Shown piece after piece: positions 58,624 to 64,000 of a DNA stretch of 64,000 bases. The DNA lies in the IMG/VR virus record IMGVR_UViG_3300024261_000014, positions 19,880 to 83,879 of that record; one strand, written 5' to 3'. Position 1 is the stretch's first letter; each line of letters starts with the position of its first letter. The translations under genes and the position numbers were made by a program. This DNA comes from a virus. The notes under the pieces were generated by a model. It was not told the origin of the DNA. It searched no databases and saw nothing but the letters and a program-made list of their open reading frames with translations.

Positions 58624-60963
58624 TTACTCAGGAAATGCTGCACCTGTTGGTTGAATTACAAAGTCAAGTACAATGAACTCAGCAGTTCGTGTAGGTTGGA
58701 TAAATATCTGTCCTACTAACTGGTTTCTATCAACAACATCTGGTGTGTTGTTAGAATCATCCATTACTACTTTAAATGCACTTAAACCACTATTTGATTG
58801 AACACTCGCTAAGAAAGGATTAACGATTCCTAAGAATCTATTTCTTGTTGCGGATGTGTTTTGTTCAAATACTAAGTATCTTGATGAAGAAGCAATGAAC
58901 TTACGAAGTCTGATTAACAATCTTCGTACATTGATTCTATCAAGTGCACTTGGTTTACCTTGTAGTGTTTTCTGTCCGAAAACTACAACACCTTGACCTG
59001 GGAATGAAGCGATTGGATTCAAACGACCTTCATACAAATCATCTCGTTCTGTATGTGTTAGTCGTGTTTTTGCTTCCAATACTGAACTCAATCCACCTCT
59101 GTTTAAACCAGCAGGAGCGAACCATTCGTGTGCTACTGAGTCATTAAATGAAATGACACCTGGTAGGACAACTGATGGCGGAACCCACATTGGTTTATTC
59201 TTTACTGAATCAAGTATCTTGACCCAAGGATAATATACACCAGCATAATTCGAATCGATAGTTTTGATATCGTTTATCGCATTTGCTACACTTCTACCCC
59301 ATCTTGAACCATCCATTACATAAAAAGCATCAGCGCGAGCTTCAATTTTCGATATAGCATGGTTTGAAACGGAATTGTGATATTCGTGTATAATACCAGG
59401 TGTTACCATTAAGTTAATATCAAACTCATCTGGGTTTGATACCGCATTAATTGCTCGTTTGTACGCGATTGAACCACTAGCAGTAGTACCACTACAATCT
59501 AAACCTTGTTGGTTTGTTGCAGAAATATCATTACCAGTTGCTTTCAATACAGTCGGGTCATCTCCATCGAATCCATGCTGAAAAGGAATTGTAAATTTTC
59601 TCTGAGCTTTCGCTGATAGAGCTAATGTAATTGCCTCTGCTGCTGTAGATTCTTGAGTATCTCCAATTGTTGTTGCATCCGCATGTCCTAACATATTCTC
59701 TAAACTGAACACTGCATTATTACCAGTACCAGCACTTGCAGGTATTGGTGAAAGGAATGCTTTATTATCAGTATTTGAGAAATCCCAACCATAGTAAACA
59801 TTTTGGTCAAATACACCGAGTGTGTTAGTTTGTTGTGAAACAAAACTTGCACTTGGGATTTGTGTAGTACCGAGAACTGGGTTAGAAGCTGCTGCAAATC
59901 CATGTGGTAATAAATCTGATGCTATTCCCTCAAGATTTGAAGAGTAATCACTTAGATATACATGAACTGATTGATTTGGCCAATCACCATTATAGGTAAG
60001 TTTGCCTTCTGTATCAATTGTTACATATCTATCACCAATTGCTCTTGGTACAAAGTTTACTGAATCAGGGTCAAAGCTAAGATTAGTGAACTCTTCTAAA
60101 ACTTCACCATCATTGTTTTCGCCTGGATTGTTTCTTAATACACGGAGTGCAAAAGAACCATAATCAGAACCTGGTACATTAGCTGCTGTTGTCAAATCTG
60201 CTACTGCAATTTTGAAATCATCATTTACATTCGTACCATGCGAACGAGTATTAACTTTAAATAAATTTTTTCTAGCTCCACCACTTAATTGTGATACAAT
60301 ATAAGGTGTTGTTGCTACTTTGTAATCGTGAGTAAAATCATCACCATTTGCTTCTGAAGCTGAGACTAAACTCATACTTACATTAGCATCAAATCCATTA
60401 CTTGAATGGAATTTTTTGAATGATTTATACACATATACATTTGTATTCGTTGTTTGTGGGTCTGTACCGAATACTTTTTCGATATAATTATCAGAACCCG
60501 TTTGGAAACTAATTGTTTTTGCAGCTGCACTACCTAATGTGATAGCACCCCCTACAAAATCAGCTCCCGCTGCTAAAGATGCACTCGTTGCACCACCTAA
60601 ATCCAACGTATTACTTAGTCTTGATGGTTTTAAAACTGCTGCAGTATATGTTCCGAGTGAACTTGATAAGTTAACTCTAATTGCAGAATGTTTATATCCA
60701 CCGATTCCTAATACACGAACTATGGTGACGGTCGGAGCATTCTTTATATATTCTTGGACGGTATATGGTACATAAAATCGAGTATCTAAACCACCAAAGA
60801 TATTTTCAAATTCCGAAAAACTTGTTACTTGTGTTGGTACAAACGCCGGACCTTTAACTGTCGGTCCAATGATTGCAGCTCCAATATCAGCAATACCTTG
60901 TGGTAGGAAAGATAAATCTTTTTCTCTTGTAAATACACCTGGTGAGACTATTCTCTCGGCCAT
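58624..60963 (-). CDS. contractile tail sheath protein
   Basis: SPGVFTRE.D, GPTVKGP, YYPWV, WFAPAGLNRG, GQKTLQ, RINVRRL, FEQN, QPTRTAEFI. Confidence 0.96.
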   Translation of the reverse strand: MAERIVSPGVFTREKDLSFLPQGIADIGAAIIGPTVKGPAFVPTQVTSFSEFENIFGGLDTRFYVPYTVQEYIKNAPTVTIVRVLGIGGYKHSAIRVNLSSSLGTYTAAVLKPSRLSNTLDLGGATSASLAAGADFVGGAITLGSAAAKTISFQTGSDNYIEKVFGTDPQTTNTNVYVYKSFKKFHSSNGFDANVSMSLVSASEANGDDFTHDYKVATTPYIVSQLSGGARKNLFKVNTRSHGTNVNDDFKIAVADLTTAANVPGSDYGSFALRVLRNNPGENNDGEVLEEFTNLSFDPDSVNFVPRAIGDRYVTIDTEGKLTYNGDWPNQSVHVYLSDYSSNLEGIASDLLPHGFAAASNPVLGTTQIPSASFVSQQTNTLGVFDQNVYYGWDFSNTDNKAFLSPIPASAGTGNNAVFSLENMLGHADATTIGDTQESTAAEAITLALSAKAQRKFTIPFQHGFDGDDPTVLKATGNDISATNQQGLDCSGTTASGSIAYKRAINAVSNPDEFDINLMVTPGIIHEYHNSVSNHAISKIEARADAFYVMDGSRWGRSVANAINDIKTIDSNYAGVYYPWVKILDSVKNKPMWVPPSVVLPGVISFNDSVAHEWFAPAGLNRGGLSSVLEAKTRLTHTERDDLYEGRLNPIASFPGQGVVVFGQKTLQGKPSALDRINVRRLLIRLRKFIASSSRYLVFEQNTSATRNRFLGIVNPFLASVQSNSGLSAFKVVMDDSNNTPDVVDRNQLVGQIFIQPTRTAEFIVLDFVIQPTGAAFPE

Positions 60964-61062
60964 TGTTATTCTCCTATTTATTGATTATTTGTCATAGATA
61001 AAACTATACACTATATAAGTATAAAGCTAAATCACCAAACGATATCAGCTTAGAGAAATTTC

Positions 61063-61362
61063 TTAACTATTCGGTGTAAATTCACCAGTACCGATATCTA
61101 AATTACCAGCACCATACTTGTCGTTAAGTTCTTTTACTAACTCTTGTTCATTTTGTTGATTTTCAGCATATCTGGTTTCTAATTCTATTTCAGTTTGTTC
61201 TAAACCATCCAGTTGTTGCTGTAATAATATTTTACGAACTTTAATAACACCAAAATCACTTTGTATGGTATTGTATGAAGTGCGTAAAGTTTCAAGGGAT
61301 TTTAACTCATCCTCTGAAAATACTATTTTTGTTTTATCCGCTTTTGTTTGCTTTTCAGCCAT
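61063..61362 (-). CDS. small coiled-coil phage protein
   Basis: Helical protein ending KYG.G..D..TGEF. Confidence 0.65.
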   Translation of the reverse strand: MAEKQTKADKTKIVFSEDELKSLETLRTSYNTIQSDFGVIKVRKILLQQQLDGLEQTEIELETRYAENQQNEQELVKELNDKYGAGNLDIGTGEFTPNS

Positions 61363-61428
61363 ATCATAACTCCTTTATTAATATGTTTAATTCAGTTGTA
61401 TATAAATATAAATGTATAACTCTAAATA

Positions 61429-61923
61429 CTACTTTTTTTGCTTTAATCTTCTCACTGCACTTGCAAGACGGGTCATTTTTCTATTAGAGCTATTTTTTTC
61501 TTCTAAAAGATTTTCAAGGTGGTCGACCTTTTGATTTAATTCCTTGATTCCCTCAACTAATAATGGAATTATCTTATGATACTGAACACCCTTGTAACCA
61601 GTATCTCGGTCGGAAACTGCAGATGGTAAAATGGCTTCAATTTCTTGAGCAATAACTCCAACATCTTTTCCTGAATAAATGTCTTGTTTTTTATTCCAAT
61701 CAAAATCATAACCACCAATTTTCTGTAACTTTTCTAATGGATTTCCTATGTAGGTTATGTTATCTTTTAACCTCTCATCAGATGAATTGAAAGCAATGAT
61801 ATCACCACTGGCTCGTATGGTTGAACCACTTATATCAGATTCAGTCCATATAACTCCAGATGCAGTTACTTCATTTAAATGGGCACTTGAACCCGATACT
61901 ACTACTTTTTTCCAGTTTGGCAT
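61429..61923 (-). CDS. tail-fibre-associated protein with peptidase S74 intramolecular chaperone domain
   Basis: SDERLKDNI, GVIAQEI, Y..IIPLLVEGIKEL coiled coil. Confidence 0.88.
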   Translation of the reverse strand: MPNWKKVVVSGSSAHLNEVTASGVIWTESDISGSTIRASGDIIAFNSSDERLKDNITYIGNPLEKLQKIGGYDFDWNKKQDIYSGKDVGVIAQEIEAILPSAVSDRDTGYKGVQYHKIIPLLVEGIKELNQKVDHLENLLEEKNSSNRKMTRLASAVRRLKQKK

Positions 61924-61995
61924 TTAATTCATCTCCTTATGGTTGGTTACCTTTCGGCCCACTTCCTATTGTCGCCAAACAATAGGCCAATAAAG

Positions 61996-62286
61996 TTATT
62001 CTTTAATAAAAAGTTCACCATCTTGTTCTTTAATTTCTTGTTGAACCTTTTCTATATTCTCTTTTACTACATCCTTAGTGCTTTTAATTGTCTTAACTAC
62101 AGCACCCTTTCGGTTTAACAATTGATATTGAGATTTTAATTTATTAATCACATCCATTGCAATACCAATATGTTTACCTGGAATCATTCCATTTTTAATC
62201 AATTCAAATAAAAATTCAATTTCATCCTTTTTAAACTTTGCTACTTCATTAACAATAGTTTTTACTTCTTTCGCTCTTATCGCCAT
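61996..62286 (-). CDS. hypothetical protein
   Basis: GAGG RBS; operon position. Confidence 0.6.
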   Translation of the reverse strand: MAIRAKEVKTIVNEVAKFKKDEIEFLFELIKNGMIPGKHIGIAMDVINKLKSQYQLLNRKGAVVKTIKSTKDVVKENIEKVQQEIKEQDGELFIKE

Positions 62287-62310
62287 ATAACCTCTTTTAT
62301 TTATTATTTA

Positions 62311-64000
62311 TTAACTATAAATCCAAATCTCACCATCATTAGTGTTGACATGCATCATTCCAATTCTATCTCCTGCTGCTGTTCCAAAATCTGATGGAGT
62401 AGCACCTGGTGATGTTGCAGAACCACTAACCGAAACAACATATTGTCTTGGTGTGATTGCTGTAGCATCGTGAGCAGTGTCATCTTCTTTGCTTAATCCC
62501 CATCTCTTAACACTATCATCGTATCCGATTGCTGTACCAATACCATTTGCACCAGTTCCGATTATTAAACCACCATCTCCACTCGTTGAACCACTTGAAG
62601 CGTAGATAAATCTATCTGCAACTCTCAAGTTTGTACTATCGATTGTAGTCAATGAACCATTTACATCCAAGTTACCACTAATAGTAACTGCACCAGTTAC
62701 ATCTACACCCGTCGCAGTTACACTAAGAATCTCTGAATTATTAATCTTAGTATTAACCTCATTAGTAGTTGAGAAATCAACATACTCTTGTGATGCTGCT
62801 GAACCAACTTTTAAAGCCGTATTGTATATCGAAGTAATCGTTGTTTGCCCTGCAGTGATTGCAATATCATTCGCATTGGCAGTGATTCCATCACCACCCA
62901 CTACATTTAAAGTTCTTGTTGCGGCAATTGTTCCACCGCCTGTTAGACCTGCACCAGCTGTTATTGTTACACCACTATGGTCAATGTGTTCGTTTGCTAC
63001 AAATCCACTTAAATTATCGTGAACAATCTCACTATCTGTGGTTGTTATTTCATCGGCGTTTGCAGTTATACCTGTTCCACCAACAACATTGATAGTTCTG
63101 TTAGCTGCGATTGTTCCACCACCTGTTAATCCTGCTCCGGCTACTACCGATACTGCTGAGTGGTCTATGTGTTCATTCGCTACGAAATTTGCTAAACTAT
63201 CGTGGTCTATTGTTCCTTGTGTTGCTGTTGCGATAGTTCCGTTTATATTACCAGTAACTTTAAAGTTACCACCACTACCACTTATATAGCTTGTAGTATC
63301 TCCTACCCATAAATCTGCAGAACCACTAATCAATGAACCGAAACTTACAGCATCTGTAGTTCCAACTCCGATTGAAGTTCTTAATGTTGCTCCACTTTCT
63401 GCTACTGGGTCACCACTACCATCACCAACAATCATTTGGGAATCTGAAAGAACACCCATTGCTGTGATTGCACCAGTTCCACTACCTAATAGAACTCCAC
63501 CATCAGTTAATGTACTTGCACCTGTTCCACCATCTGCTACTGGAACATCAGTTCCACCAGCACGATAAACAACATTACCCTCTACATTTAAATCTCCAGC
63601 ACTTGCTCTTGTAATTGTTGTATCACTACCATGTCCTAATTCTATACCTGTAAATTGTGGAGAAGCATCACTTGTAACATCTTGGTTAATTGTAGAATTT
63701 GCTTCAATGGTTATTGTTTTCAAACCATCAGTTCTATTTTGTCCAATCGTAGTACCATAAACTGCAGAACCACTAATAGTTCCTGTATATGTTCCCGTAG
63801 CACCACTAATAGTTCCAGTCGTAGATATCGCTCCAGCACCTACATCTATTGATGTAAATCCTGAAGTAATAGAACCCGCATCCAAAGCTCCGACTGTAGT
63901 TAGGTTACTTAATGTATCAATAGCGGATTCTATAGTTGCTTCCGTTGTTGCGTCAATTGCATCTATATTATTCAAGGAAGTGGTATTACCACCAGAAAAT
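62311..64000 (-). CDS. tail fibre / structural protein (5' end outside the window)
   Basis: Gly/Thr/Ser-rich; VPVADGGTGA, AGAGLTGGG and VTISGNLDVNG fibre motifs. Confidence 0.8.
   Translation of the reverse strand, partial: FSGGNTTSLNNIDAIDATTEATIESAIDTLSNLTTVGALDAGSITSGFTSIDVGAGAISTTGTISGATGTYTGTISGSAVYGTTIGQNRTDGLKTITIEANSTINQDVTSDASPQFTGIELGHGSDTTITRASAGDLNVEGNVVYRAGGTDVPVADGGTGASTLTDGGVLLGSGTGAITAMGVLSDSQMIVGDGSGDPVAESGATLRTSIGVGTTDAVSFGSLISGSADLWVGDTTSYISGSGGNFKVTGNINGTIATATQGTIDHDSLANFVANEHIDHSAVSVVAGAGLTGGGTIAANRTINVVGGTGITANADEITTTDSEIVHDNLSGFVANEHIDHSGVTITAGAGLTGGGTIAATRTLNVVGGDGITANANDIAITAGQTTITSIYNTALKVGSAASQEYVDFSTTNEVNTKINNSEILSVTATGVDVTGAVTISGNLDVNGSLTTIDSTNLRVADRFIYASSGSTSGDGGLIIGTGANGIGTAIGYDDSVKRWGLSKEDDTAHDATAITPRQYVVSVSGSATSPGATPSDFGTAAGDRIGMMHVNTNDGEIWIYS
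62864..63210 (-). repeat. two ~60-aa internal tandem repeats in the fibre gene
   Basis: HD.L..FVANEHIDHS.V...AGAGLTGGGTIAA.RT.NVVGG.GITANA..I occurs twice. Confidence 0.85.

Noticed and set aside
224-63852. Numerous plus-strand and nested ORFs in the track (e.g. 5174-5575, 13916-14296, 39825-40232, 55997-56596)
   Set aside because: They are antisense or alternate-frame shadows of well-supported minus-strand genes, with no RBS or motifs
1-64000. Alternative genetic code
   Set aside because: Conserved genes are full length under the standard code, and TAA, TAG and TGA all terminate genes at sensible positions

Overview
This is a 64-kb segment of a large, AT-rich, T4-like contractile-tailed phage genome, coded almost entirely on the minus strand. 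Reading right to left (direction of transcription), it has five parts. (1) A tail module at 49-64 kb: fibre, S74-type chaperone, sheath, tube, a probable frameshifted tail-assembly chaperone, tape measure and baseplate. (2) A nucleotide-metabolism and replication module at 26-49 kb: CysC, ThyX, RimK-like ligase, a small PolA-like protein, a candidate ~400-nt structured ncRNA, SSB, RecA/UvsX, 5'-3' exonuclease, helicase, class II RNR, a TonB-dependent receptor, PolB, clamp, DNA methylase and clamp loader. (3) An unusual accessory locus at 19.4-26.2 kb: two paralogous 515-aa proteins that appear to fuse a circularly permuted ATP-grasp-like region to a Hint domain competent only for C-terminal cleavage and ending in a short Pro/Gly peptide. 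They sit among 2OG-Fe(II) oxygenases (one with an HxG, halogenase-like motif), a GNAT and an SGNH-like gene. (4) ClpP, a gp62-like protein and a nuclease at 16-19 kb. (5) A ~16-kb glycosylation cluster that includes a glycosyltransferase gene fractured by an HNH endonuclease. All calls come from reading motifs by eye; no database search or folding program was run.
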